Origin: Myxococcota bacterium
Lineage (GTDB): Bacteria; Myxococcota; Kuafuiibacteriia; Kuafuiibacteriales; Kuafuiibacteriaceae
Length of the DNA: 54,688 nt
Reading direction: 5' to 3'
NCBI GenBank assembly: GCA_039819565.1
Contig: JBCBRU010000002.1
Span: 1 to 54,688 of the forward strand
Shown here piece after piece: positions 45,680 to 54,342 of this stretch; within the stretch, counting starts at the first letter, position 1; each line of letters begins with the position of its first letter. The position numbers were made by a program, and so were the translations under genes. The notes beneath the pieces were generated by a model that ran no database searches, was not told the origin of the DNA, and was given only the letters and a program-made list of their open reading frames with translations.

Positions 45680-47238
45680 GGGCAGCGAGCGTCCGCGCCC
45701 CTAAGATGCGCGCGGTCGAGCTGGACCTCGCCCGGCTGGCTGCACGTCTCGAACACCGACCAGCGCGAAGCCGAGACCCGCGCCTCGCCAATCTTGAGCG
45801 TGCCTCCCCCCACGGCGGCCAGTCCCACCGGAGTCGATGAAACCACAACCCGGTCCACCGTCAGCTCGGCGTCCAAGCCCACCAGGATCCCCCCGCGGTC
45901 CGTGCCCTCGAAGGCGAGGTTGGAGGCTTCGGCCACGCCCGCCAGGATGCGCAATCCGTATCCGCGAGCTCCGCGAACCTCCAGGCCCCGGACCTGAACC
46001 GAGCCCGGGAGCGTTTGCTCCAAGCGCAGAGCGTCGGCCCCGGCCCCTTCGATCCGTGCGGCGTCGACCTGAAGATGCGCGCCCTCCACCACCGACACGG
46101 CCGGCCCTTGGGTCGAGGCAACGCGGGCGCGGCCCAGGTGGAGATGGGCGTCGGGTCCATGGGCGAGGACCCCTCCACCGCCCAGCACAGTGCTGCGCCG
46201 GAGCTCGATCCGACCTTGGGCCACCACCACCGCGGGCACCTCCAGCCGGGCCCCCGCGGCCAACGTGGAGCTCGTCACGAGGACCTTGGGGTGCTGATTC
46301 ATATGGGCGGCAGAGAGCAGGGCCGCCTCCCGTCCGCTCTGCAGGTAGCTTCGGCGGACCTCCACGAGGGCCGCGCCCTGAGCGGCGAGGCCGGACTCTC
46401 CCGGGGCCGCGACGGTGCTCGTGTAGAGGGTGAGAGATGCGGAGCGGACGAGGAGCCCGAAGCGGCGGGCCCCATCCATTCTGGAGTTCTCGATGACGCC
46501 TCGAGCCCCATCGAGGAGCACGAAGCCGTTGCCTTCGGCGGGATCGACGACCATGTCCGACACTCTCAGCTCCGCTCCGTCCACGTGAGCGGCCGCGTAG
46601 CGACCGCCGACGACTTCGCCGCCGAGGACCGAGAAGGCTCCCCCTATCACCCGCAGGGCGGCTTGCGCTCCCTCGGCGTCCACCCGGAGGCGACGGGCGG
46701 CCACCGTCGAGGAGGTGGAGAGGATCCCGCTGTCTCGGCCTCCGCCCACCAGAACATCTTCGAGCTGTACGGTGGAGCGGTGAATCGTCAGCGGGGCCTC
46801 CCCTCGGAGGCCTCCGAGGCGCACGCGCTCCAGCACCGCCCCGTCCGCGGAGCCGATGGAGATCCCCTCCGAGAAGCTCAGGTCCCGGAGTGCGGCCGCC
46901 GCGGTGATCGATATCGGCGCGGCCACGGTCGCGGTGGGCGCCCCCTCCAGCCGGACGCGTCGATCGAGTCGAATCGGTCCGGAGCGATGGGTCCCGGGCA
47001 GGAGCCGCACCACGTCCGCACGGGCCACCGCAGCTCGGAGATCGCGGAAGGGTCGGGCTCGGCTGCCGTCCCCGGCGGGGCCGACCGGGGCGACCCAGAC
47101 CTCGCCCCACGCCTCCCCGGTGGGCGCAAGGTCCGAGGTGGCCACCGGGCTCGGGGTGGGTGCGCAGGCGAGGGCAAACACTAGGCAGAGGCTGACGCTC
47201 TTGACGCGTTCTTCAGCTCTGCCTATTCGACTCCTCAT
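45676..47238 (-). CDS. right-handed parallel beta-helix repeat lipoprotein
   Basis: ATG 47238 gives MRSRIGRAEERVKSVSLCLVFALAC. The body is a run of ~22-25-aa Gly/Val/Leu-rich repeats typical of pectate-lyase-fold proteins. The stop shares the CTAG at 45676-45679 with the convergent gene. Confidence 0.75.
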   Translation of the reverse strand: MRSRIGRAEERVKSVSLCLVFALACAPTPSPVATSDLAPTGEAWGEVWVAPVGPAGDGSRARPFRDLRAAVARADVVRLLPGTHRSGPIRLDRRVRLEGAPTATVAAPISITAAAALRDLSFSEGISIGSADGAVLERVRLGGLRGEAPLTIHRSTVQLEDVLVGGGRDSGILSTSSTVAARRLRVDAEGAQAALRVIGGAFSVLGGEVVGGRYAAAHVDGAELRVSDMVVDPAEGNGFVLLDGARGVIENSRMDGARRFGLLVRSASLTLYTSTVAAPGESGLAAQGAALVEVRRSYLQSGREAALLSAAHMNQHPKVLVTSSTLAAGARLEVPAVVVAQGRIELRRSTVLGGGGVLAHGPDAHLHLGRARVASTQGPAVSVVEGAHLQVDAARIEGAGADALRLEQTLPGSVQVRGLEVRGARGYGLRILAGVAEASNLAFEGTDRGGILVGLDAELTVDRVVVSSTPVGLAAVGGGTLKIGEARVSASRWSVFETCSQPGEVQLDRAHLRGADARCP

Positions 47239-47398
47239 GCCTGGGATCCAGGACACGCCCTGGTTCGAGCTGATGGTTCGACCGGACGTTTTGCCCCTCA
47301 TCCTGATGGTGGCCACCCTCATCTGGTTCGGCGCCGCGTCCCTTCGCGGTGCGCGAACCGCGAAGGTTCGGTCTTCTTCCACCGATCGTCGGCGCTGA
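47237..47398 (+). CDS. candidate small membrane protein (53 aa), unverified
   Basis: MPGIQDTPWFELMVRPDVLPLILMVATLIWFGAASLRGARTAKVRSSSTDRRR* fills the 172-bp gap between two minus-strand genes. It has one hydrophobic helix and a basic tail. About three quarters of third positions are G/C (hand count). No SD seen. Confidence 0.3.
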   Translation: MPGIQDTPWFELMVRPDVLPLILMVATLIWFGAASLRGARTAKVRSSSTDRRR

Positions 47399-47410
47399 TC
47401 TCGCTGGGCC

Positions 47411-48100
47411 TCAGGCCGTGGCGTCGTCGTCGAGGGTGCGGGGGTTGGTGTTGCGAAACTCGAGGTCCGGGACCGGTCCCTCCGGCTCTCCCACTTTCCG
47501 AAACAGCATTCGGTACACCGGCTCTCCCTCACGCTCGTGCTGCCGTTCCCACTCCGTGCGCTCGTCGAAAGGATTCGGGGCGTCGAGCGTGTCGGGAAGG
47601 ACAGCTTTGAGGGAGGTCTCCGCGGAAAGGAATACGAACATCTCCTCCGCGAGGGGCTGAACGTCCGACTGCGCGAAGATCTCGCCTCCCGTCGGCAACC
47701 GCAGGCTCATCTCCCTCACGAAGAAGGGCTGGAGGATTCGCCGCTTCCAGTGCCGTTTCTTGAAGCAAGGGTCGGGGAACTGGACGCAAAAACGCTGGAT
47801 CCACCCCGGCTCAGCGAAGCTCAGGTTCTCGTGGGCGTTAGCGTAGAAGAAGACCACGTTCCGTAGCCCCGCCCCCAGGGCGCGGGCGTTGGCGGCCTCG
47901 ACCAGAGGCTTGCGGATCTCGAAGCCCACGAAATCGAGATCGGGCCGCGCCCGCGCTCGCTGCAACAGGAAGTCGCCCGCCCCGCACCCCACGTCGACCT
48001 CGATCGGCGCCTCGCGACCGAACTGTGCGCTTCGGTCCAGCCGATCGAGCCGTGTGACCACGTTGAAGGGGTTGGCGTGCTTGCGCACCCGCCGACTCAT
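47411..48100 (-). CDS. trmB: tRNA (guanine46-N7)-methyltransferase
   Basis: SAM motif VDVGCGAGDFLL and the TrmB signature FPDPCFKKRHWKRRIL. Confidence 0.9.
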   Translation of the reverse strand: MSRRVRKHANPFNVVTRLDRLDRSAQFGREAPIEVDVGCGAGDFLLQRARARPDLDFVGFEIRKPLVEAANARALGAGLRNVVFFYANAHENLSFAEPGWIQRFCVQFPDPCFKKRHWKRRILQPFFVREMSLRLPTGGEIFAQSDVQPLAEEMFVFLSAETSLKAVLPDTLDAPNPFDERTEWERQHEREGEPVYRMLFRKVGEPEGPVPDLEFRNTNPRTLDDDATA

Positions 48101-48134
48101 CGGCCCGCGAGACCGTCACGCTCCGGGGCTATGG

Positions 48135-49109
48135 TCAACTGTCGCGGGGCGAGAAGCAGAGGACATCCTGCACCGCCTCGAGTCGAAGGCAGGTCATCAG
48201 CAGTCGATCCAGCCCGAGGGCGATGCCGGCGCTGGGGTCGATGCCGGGGAGATCGCGGAGGAGGCCCTCATCCACCGGGGGCGTTTGACGCCCAAGCTCT
48301 TCGCGCACCCGCAGGTCGTCGGCGAAGCGCCGGCGCTGCTCAACGGGGTCCGCGAGCTCCGCGAACGCGTTGCCCAGCTCGACGCCTCCGACGAACACCT
48401 CGAAGCGCAGCGCCCGCCGGCGGTCCGTAGGATCCAGCCGTGCCAGCGCCGCCATGGGGGCGGGATAGCCGTCGAGGACGGTCACTCCTGCCGGATCGAA
48501 GGAGGGCTCGATCCTCTCGAAGAAGGCCCGAAAAAAGACCGTCTCCCAGTCGTCTCCGGCCACCGCGGGGACCTTCAGGGCGCGGCGGAGGCCGTCGATG
48601 TCGTCGAGATGCTCGAGAGGATCGCCGAGCCCCACGGCCCGAAAAGCCTCCGAAACAGAGAGCCTCAGCGGCGGCCCGGGCTGCCAGGGGCCGCCCACGG
48701 CCCGCGCCACCGTTTCGATGAGGGCGACCGTGTCCTCCGCCACCGCGTCCAGCGTGCCCGGGTGCCGATACCATTCGAGAAGGGTGAACTCGGGGGCGTG
48801 GGTGGCCGAGCGCTCGCCGTTTCGGAACACCCGGGCGATCTGGTAGAGGCTGCCGAGCCCCCGCCCCACCAGCCGCTTCATCGCGTATTCGGGCGAGGTG
48901 TGCAGGAACAGGCTCGTCTGCTGCCCATCCGGACCCCGCTCGAGGGTCTCGAAAGCCTCCAGGTGAGGCTCCAGGCCCGGCGAGAGCACGGCGATCGGGG
49001 TTTCCACTTCGAGGAAGTCTCGGGCGTCGAACCAGCCGCGAACGGCGTCGTTCATCCGCTTGCGGGCCTCCAACACGGCGCGCGGGGGGGCGTAGTCGCG
49101 GTGAACCAC
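48135..49109 (-). CDS. epmA: EF-P lysine34 lysyltransferase (class II LysRS paralogue, GenX/PoxA)
   Basis: FLEVETP, SPEYAMKRL, YQIARVFRNGE, HAPEFTLLEWY, ELGNAFAEL and GIALGLDRLLM, colinear by eye with E. coli EpmA. GTG 49109 gives 324 aa. Alternative starts are GTG 49148 and ATG 49217. Confidence 0.8.
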   Translation of the reverse strand: MVHRDYAPPRAVLEARKRMNDAVRGWFDARDFLEVETPIAVLSPGLEPHLEAFETLERGPDGQQTSLFLHTSPEYAMKRLVGRGLGSLYQIARVFRNGERSATHAPEFTLLEWYRHPGTLDAVAEDTVALIETVARAVGGPWQPGPPLRLSVSEAFRAVGLGDPLEHLDDIDGLRRALKVPAVAGDDWETVFFRAFFERIEPSFDPAGVTVLDGYPAPMAALARLDPTDRRRALRFEVFVGGVELGNAFAELADPVEQRRRFADDLRVREELGRQTPPVDEGLLRDLPGIDPSAGIALGLDRLLMTCLRLEAVQDVLCFSPRDS

Positions 49110-49173
49110 GAGGCCCGTGGCTAACCTGTCGCTCAGCCGTTGGTCCACAATCCTAGCTGTGCGAACAGGGAGC

Positions 49174-50673
49174 GTGCTTCGTTCGAGGCTCTTTCGTACC
49201 GGCGCGGCCACGGTCACCGCGGCCTGGGCGCTGGCTCCCTCCGCGGGTGAGGCCGCCGGCTTTTACATCACCGACGTGGGGGCCCGAGGGGTGGCGCGAG
49301 GGGGCGCCTTCGTAGCGGCTCCAGAGGGGCCCTTAGCCATTCACTACAACCCGGCCGGACTGTCCTTGACTCGCGGGCTGTCGTTCGAAGTCTCGGTCTC
49401 CGTAGTGGACTTCGCGGGGTCTTTCGATCGCAAGTGTCCTTGCGCGAGCCAAGAGCTTGGGGCAGCGGCGGCCGCCGCCGAGGACGCCCGCCTGGAGGCC
49501 ATCTTTGCCGAGAATCGAGCTGATACTCGCAACCCCACCGTCATTCCCTTTCTCGGTCTCAGCTACGGCTTTGAACCGCTGAACCTCGCGGTAGGATTCG
49601 CGGTGTACGGCCCCAACAGCGGTCGCGCCGACTATGGGCTCCTCGGGAGCGCCCAGGCGCGGGGCTTTCCGGAGCGAGCCGAACGCAAAGTCACGCGCTA
49701 CAACGCCCTCGAAGCTCCCGCGGTGGACATCAACTACGCTCTGGCCGTAGCGGCCGAACCCCTGGATGGATTGCGCCTCGGCTTTACGTTTTATGTCACC
49801 CAGGTGGGGGTGGGCCAAACTCTGCATCTCTTTGCGGACACGGCCTTTGCCCGAGGACCCGAGGACACGGAATGGGATGTTCCGATCACCCTCGATTTCT
49901 TTTCGGATCCCATCCTCAACTGGGCCGTCGGCATCTCTTGGGCGCCGGAGTTCGTCCCCGGGCTATCCCTGGGGGCTTCGTTTCGGGCCGAGCGCGAGAT
50001 CAACGCTCGCGGCACCATCGACGTGGACGTTCCGGAGGTGCTGGACGGAACCGCCACGGTCACCGGAGAGGTGGTGGACGTCTCGCTCAACATCGCGCCT
50101 ATCGCCCGCTTCGGGGTTCAGTACGAGGTCCCCGATCTCTTCGCGGCCGAGGTCGCTTTCGTTTGGGAGGGATGGAGCGTGAACGACCGCATCACCCTCC
50201 TGCCCCAAGAGATCGCGTTCGAAATCCCGGATCTGAACGTTCTCGTGGAGCTTGGGGAGATCGTGTCCGAGCGCAACTGGCGAGACAGCTGGTCGATTCG
50301 CGTCGGGGGGGACATCGAGCTCCCGCTGACCTGGCTTGATATGCAGGTAGGCTATTTTTACGAGCCCAGCGCGATCCCTCCGGAGTGGCTCGACCCGAGT
50401 CGCATCGACCTCGAAAAGCACGGCTTCGCGCTCGGGGTCTCTGGGGAGTGGCTCGACCTCTTGCCGGTGCTCTCGGGTCTCAGCTTCGACCTCTCCGCCA
50501 TGTACGTGGCCATGAACGGGGTGGAGGTCACGGACAGTCGGGCGCGAAACATCGCGCCCATCGGGTTTGCCCCGGAGCTGCGGACGGTGGTGGGCAATGG
50601 TATCTACTCCGGGTCTTATCTCATCTTCTCGGCCAGTCTGGTGGCCGCCTTCGACTTCAGCGCCAAGCCATGA
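49174..50673 (+). CDS. FadL/OMPP1/TodX-family outer-membrane transport protein
   Basis: Signal-like RSRLFRTGAATVTAAWALAPSAGEA. FYITDVGARGVARGGAFVA...IHYNPAGL. C-terminal strand LVAAFDFSAKP. GTG 49174 is preferred over ATG 49117, which would overlap epmA alternatives. Confidence 0.75.
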   Translation: MLRSRLFRTGAATVTAAWALAPSAGEAAGFYITDVGARGVARGGAFVAAPEGPLAIHYNPAGLSLTRGLSFEVSVSVVDFAGSFDRKCPCASQELGAAAAAAEDARLEAIFAENRADTRNPTVIPFLGLSYGFEPLNLAVGFAVYGPNSGRADYGLLGSAQARGFPERAERKVTRYNALEAPAVDINYALAVAAEPLDGLRLGFTFYVTQVGVGQTLHLFADTAFARGPEDTEWDVPITLDFFSDPILNWAVGISWAPEFVPGLSLGASFRAEREINARGTIDVDVPEVLDGTATVTGEVVDVSLNIAPIARFGVQYEVPDLFAAEVAFVWEGWSVNDRITLLPQEIAFEIPDLNVLVELGEIVSERNWRDSWSIRVGGDIELPLTWLDMQVGYFYEPSAIPPEWLDPSRIDLEKHGFALGVSGEWLDLLPVLSGLSFDLSAMYVAMNGVEVTDSRARNIAPIGFAPELRTVVGNGIYSGSYLIFSASLVAAFDFSAKP

Positions 50674-51029
50674 TTCGCATCTATTCCTCGCCGACCGTCG
50701 CCCTCGCTCACATCGTTCGTGATGTCCTGCTCGGCGACGGCATCTCCGCCGAGGTGCGTAACGAGCATGCGATCTCGCTCGCGGGGGGCATCCCCCTCGA
50801 TCAATGCCTGGCCGAGGTTTGGGTGATGCCTGAGCAGGCCGAACGGGCCGCCGCCGTCGTCGAGCGCATGATGCCTTCCCACGGGCGAGGGGCGCTGTCC
50901 TTGGCGAGGGACGGACGAGGGGGCGAGCTTTCGGAGGCCCGGCCCTGGCGCTGCGCGTGTGGCGAAGAGAGCCCCGCCCATTTCGAGTTGTGTTGGTCCT
51001 GCGGGGCGCACGCTCCAGAGGAAGCCTAG
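50670..51029 (+). CDS. DUF2007-type small protein with C-terminal zinc ribbon
   Basis: MIRIYSSPTVALAHIVRDVLLGDGISAEVRNE plus CACG...CWSCG. ATGA overlap with the upstream stop. Confidence 0.7.
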   Translation: MIRIYSSPTVALAHIVRDVLLGDGISAEVRNEHAISLAGGIPLDQCLAEVWVMPEQAERAAAVVERMMPSHGRGALSLARDGRGGELSEARPWRCACGEESPAHFELCWSCGAHAPEEA

Positions 51030-51042
51030 GAGCTCGTCGGCG

Positions 51043-52053
51043 ATGGGTACACGGGAGCATCGCGTGAAGGTTGGAATCTTCGGCGCTGGGGCCATCGGGG
51101 GCTACCTGGGGGTACGTCTCGCGGGCGCCCTCGACGTGGTCCTCATCGGACGTAAGCCCCTCGCCGATGCCGCCGCGGACGGCCTCCGAGCCCTCGCGGA
51201 CGGGGTCGAGGCGGAGGCGCAGGTTCGCGTGGAGACCTCGGCCGAGGCCCTCCGCGACGTGGATCTGTGCCTCGTATGCGTCAAGACCGCCGCCCTCGAA
51301 GAGGCGGCCCAGGTGCTCGAAGCCGTGCTTTCGCCGGAGTGCCTCGTCGTGCCTCTTCAGAACGGCCTCTTCGCTCGAGCGATCCTCCAAGAGGCCGGAC
51401 TGACCCGCAGCCTGGCGCCGGGGCTGGTGGTGTTCAACGTACTCTGGGAAGGGAATCTCTTTCGGCGCGCCACGTCTGGGCCGATCGCGGTGGAAGGGGG
51501 AGACCCGCGGGTGGCCGAGCTCGGCCGCGCGTTCAGGGCCGCGGGCGAGAGCTTCGTCGAGGCCGAGGACATTCGCGCCCTGCAGATGGGTAAGCTCCTC
51601 CTCAATCTCAACAACGGCCTGTGCGCCCTCACCGGGCTCCCCCTTCGGCGCTTTCTCGAGAGTCGGTCCGCGCGACGGGCCTTCGCGGCCGTGATCGGGG
51701 AAGGCCTCCGCGTGGCTCAAGCCACCGGTCGCCCCGTCGCGGGCTTTGGTCGCATCGACCCCCGCCTCGTCCGGCGCCTCCTCCCGCTTCCCAACGTCCT
51801 CTTCTTTCGGATCGCGGCCCAGATGCTCACCATCGATCCCGAGGCCAAGACCTCGACCCTTCAGGATCTCGAGCGCGGCCGTCCCACGGAGGTGGACGCC
51901 CTGCACGGGGGCATCGTCCGCCTCGCGCAGGCGGGGGGTATCAAAGCCCCGATGAACGCCTGGGTGGTGGAGCAGGTCAAAGGACGGGAGCGAGGCGAGA
52001 TCGGCGCCTTCGACCCCGACCGGCTGTGGCGCGAGCTCCGGTTGCAGCGCTGA
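51043..52053 (+). CDS. ketopantoate reductase ApbA/PanE-family oxidoreductase
   Basis: Rossmann motif KVGIFGAGAIGGYLG and the C-terminal signature STLQDLERGRPTEVDALHGGIV. Confidence 0.8.
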   Translation: MGTREHRVKVGIFGAGAIGGYLGVRLAGALDVVLIGRKPLADAAADGLRALADGVEAEAQVRVETSAEALRDVDLCLVCVKTAALEEAAQVLEAVLSPECLVVPLQNGLFARAILQEAGLTRSLAPGLVVFNVLWEGNLFRRATSGPIAVEGGDPRVAELGRAFRAAGESFVEAEDIRALQMGKLLLNLNNGLCALTGLPLRRFLESRSARRAFAAVIGEGLRVAQATGRPVAGFGRIDPRLVRRLLPLPNVLFFRIAAQMLTIDPEAKTSTLQDLERGRPTEVDALHGGIVRLAQAGGIKAPMNAWVVEQVKGRERGEIGAFDPDRLWRELRLQR

Positions 52054-52111
52054 GACGCTGTGTCTCACGACGCGCGGCTGACGGGCGCGGCGCTCGACTT
52101 AGTATCTGCGC

Positions 52112-52936
52112 ATGCGCGCTTCCGTGATGCCCTCCATCTACGTCCCTCACGGCGGGGGTCCCTGGCCTTGGGTCGAGCCCCTCGCCGCCCAGCACGGCAC
52201 GATGAGGTCGTACTTTGAGGGGCTCGGCCGAGATCTGCCCCGTCCGAAGGCGATCCTGGTGATCTCTGCCCACTGGGAGGCGGATCGCCCGACCGTCATG
52301 ACGGCGGCGAAGCCTCCGATGCTCTACGACTACTACGGGTTCCCGGAGCACACCTACGGCGTGACCTGGCCCGCCCCCGGCGCCCCGGACCTTGCCCTGC
52401 GCATCGTAGATCTCCTCGGAGGCGCCGGCATCGAGGCGGGGACCGACGCCCAACGAGGCTTCGACCACGGATGCTTCGTGCCGCTCGCGCTCGCCTATCC
52501 GGAGGCCGATGTTCCCACCCTGCAGCTGTCGCTCGTGAACGGGCTCGATCCGAAGCCCCACCTGCAGGTGGGGGCGGCGCTCGCGCCTTTGCGGAGCGAC
52601 GGCGTCCTCATCCTCGGAAGCGGGATGAGCTACCACAACATGCAGGGCTTTGCGCGGGGAGGCCCCGCGGGAGGAAAGGCGGCGGCGCTCGCCTTTGATG
52701 GATGGCTAGAGGCAGCCATGACCCAGACGGGCCTGCCTCGGGACGAAGCCTTGAGGCACTGGGAGGCGGCGCCCGGGGCGCGACTCTGCCATCCGCGCGA
52801 GGAGCATCTGATGCCCCTCCACGTCGTGGCCGGTGCCGCGCATGGAGACGCAGGAACACTCCCTTATCGGGATGAAGTGTTGGGCGTGCGGGTCAGCAGC
52901 GTCCGCTTCGACGCCGCCGAGGGGGAGGAGCCGTAG
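52112..52936 (+). CDS. class III extradiol ring-cleavage dioxygenase (LigB/YgiD, 4,5-DOPA-dioxygenase-like)
   Basis: MPSIYVPHGGGPW, LVISAHWE, FDHGCFVPL and SGMSYHN. Confidence 0.85.
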   Translation: MRASVMPSIYVPHGGGPWPWVEPLAAQHGTMRSYFEGLGRDLPRPKAILVISAHWEADRPTVMTAAKPPMLYDYYGFPEHTYGVTWPAPGAPDLALRIVDLLGGAGIEAGTDAQRGFDHGCFVPLALAYPEADVPTLQLSLVNGLDPKPHLQVGAALAPLRSDGVLILGSGMSYHNMQGFARGGPAGGKAAALAFDGWLEAAMTQTGLPRDEALRHWEAAPGARLCHPREEHLMPLHVVAGAAHGDAGTLPYRDEVLGVRVSSVRFDAAEGEEP

Positions 52937-52948
52937 GCCCCGGCGGGG

Positions 52949-53254
52949 CTACCAGCTGGCCTTTTTGAGGCCGGCGATCTGCCCCGTGTTGCCCAGGTCG
53001 CGCATGGCGACGCGGGAGATCTCGAACTTCCTGTAGAAAGCGCGGGGTCGCCCCGTAACGCGGCAGCGGTTGCGGACGCGAGTGCGGCTCGAGTTGCGCG
53101 GGAGCCGGTCCAGAGCCCGGACCGCCTCGAAGCGCTCCTCGTCGGGCGTGTTCGGATCGTTGATGACTGCCTTCAGCTTGGCGCGACGCTCGGCGTAGCG
53201 CTCCACCATCGCCTTGCGGCGGTTGTTGTGCTCGATCTTCGACTGCTTCGCCAT
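52949..53254 (-). CDS. rpsN: 30S ribosomal protein S14, long Cys-poor form, located outside any ribosomal operon
   Basis: 101 aa, colinear with E. coli S14: MAKQS...RNRCRVTGRPRAFYRKFEISRVAMRDLGNTGQIAGLKKASW. Confidence 0.95.
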   Translation of the reverse strand: MAKQSKIEHNNRRKAMVERYAERRAKLKAVINDPNTPDEERFEAVRALDRLPRNSSRTRVRNRCRVTGRPRAFYRKFEISRVAMRDLGNTGQIAGLKKASW

Positions 53255-53383
53255 CGGGACTGACTCGGGCGCCGGAAACTGCCCAGTTCGCTCGGGGTTG
53301 GCAAGATCTATTCGCCGGTTCGTCTCGGTTGCCATGCGACCCCGCCAGCGGTACCCAACACGACCCCTTACGGGATCACAGCC

Positions 53384-53815
53384 ATGAGCATAAAAGTTGG
53401 AGACGATATCGACTCGAAGTGCCTCCCTTCGTGCGGACCGGGGCTCGTCCTGGCCCACACGATCGTGGCCATGGACGGCGACAAGATCGTCCGCGTGAAG
53501 TGCAACACGTGCCAGAAGACCCACACGTACCGATCTCCCGACTCGGCCAGTGAGGCCACGGCCGCGAAGCGCAAGAGCGCGCGCAAAAAGCGTGAAGAGG
53601 CCGCCACCGCCGCGGCCGTGGACTTCGACGATCTCGCCAAGTCCGTGGACCTCTCTCAGGCCGCCAAGTACTCGACCAAGGAGCCGCTCGAGGCTCGCCA
53701 GGTCGTTGAGCACCCGAAGTTCGGCACCGGCATTGTCTTTGCCCTCAAGGAAGACAACAAGGCTGAGATCATCTTCCGGGACGGACCGCGCGTCCTCATC
53801 CACAACCGCGCCTGA
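53384..53815 (+). CDS. hypothetical protein with four-Cys zinc-ribbon-like N-terminus and DUF3553-like C-terminus
   Basis: CLPSC...CNTC, a Lys/Ala-rich linker, and HPKFGTGIVFALKEDNKAEIIFRDGPRVL. Confidence 0.6.
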   Translation: MSIKVGDDIDSKCLPSCGPGLVLAHTIVAMDGDKIVRVKCNTCQKTHTYRSPDSASEATAAKRKSARKKREEAATAAAVDFDDLAKSVDLSQAAKYSTKEPLEARQVVEHPKFGTGIVFALKEDNKAEIIFRDGPRVLIHNRA

Positions 53816-53830
53816 GGCCGACCGGGCCGG

Positions 53831-54256
53831 TCAGCGCTCGAGCTTCTCGATGAGGAGTCGGAGCATGTCGCTGCCGGTCACGATCCCCACCAGCTCGCCG
53901 TCTTCGACGACCGGCAAGCACCCGAAGTAGTGCTCGCGCATGAGCTCCGCGGCGGCCAGAACCGTGGTGTCGACATCCACCGTGAGAACGTCCGAGATCA
54001 TCATGTCCCGCACTTTCACACCGAGATTGGCTCGGCGCTGATCCTCGCGCGTCATCCCGTTCCCGGGACTGACCGAGTAGGCGGCCACGTCCCGCTGACT
54101 CACGAGACCGACGATCTGGCCGTCCTCCACGACCGGAAGGTGATGGAGTCGGTCCAGCCGCATCACCATGTCGGCGAGATCCACATCGTCCGAGGGGTCG
54201 AGGGTCTCGACGTTGCGGGACATGATGGCTTGAACGGTGAGATCGGATTGGGTCAT
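53831..54256 (-). CDS. CBS-domain pair protein
   Basis: ATG 54256 is preceded by AAGGAG. Two CBS motifs: IMSRNVETL...HHLPVVEDGQIVGLVSQRDV and MISDVLTV...GCLPVVEDGELVGIVTGSDM. Confidence 0.85.
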   Translation of the reverse strand: MTQSDLTVQAIMSRNVETLDPSDDVDLADMVMRLDRLHHLPVVEDGQIVGLVSQRDVAAYSVSPGNGMTREDQRRANLGVKVRDMMISDVLTVDVDTTVLAAAELMREHYFGCLPVVEDGELVGIVTGSDMLRLLIEKLER

Positions 54257-54342
54257 CGAGTGGTCTCCTTGCCCCCAACCAACGCAACCCGCGTGCCACG
54301 GCCAGAGACTCCCCAAGAGCGCCGGAACCTCACCATCGAGTA

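Noticed and set aside
45701-47110. 469-aa alternative-frame ORF on the same strand as the beta-helix gene
   Set aside because: The composition is extreme Arg/Gly/Pro. The beta-helix frame shows regular repeat structure and a lipoprotein signal.
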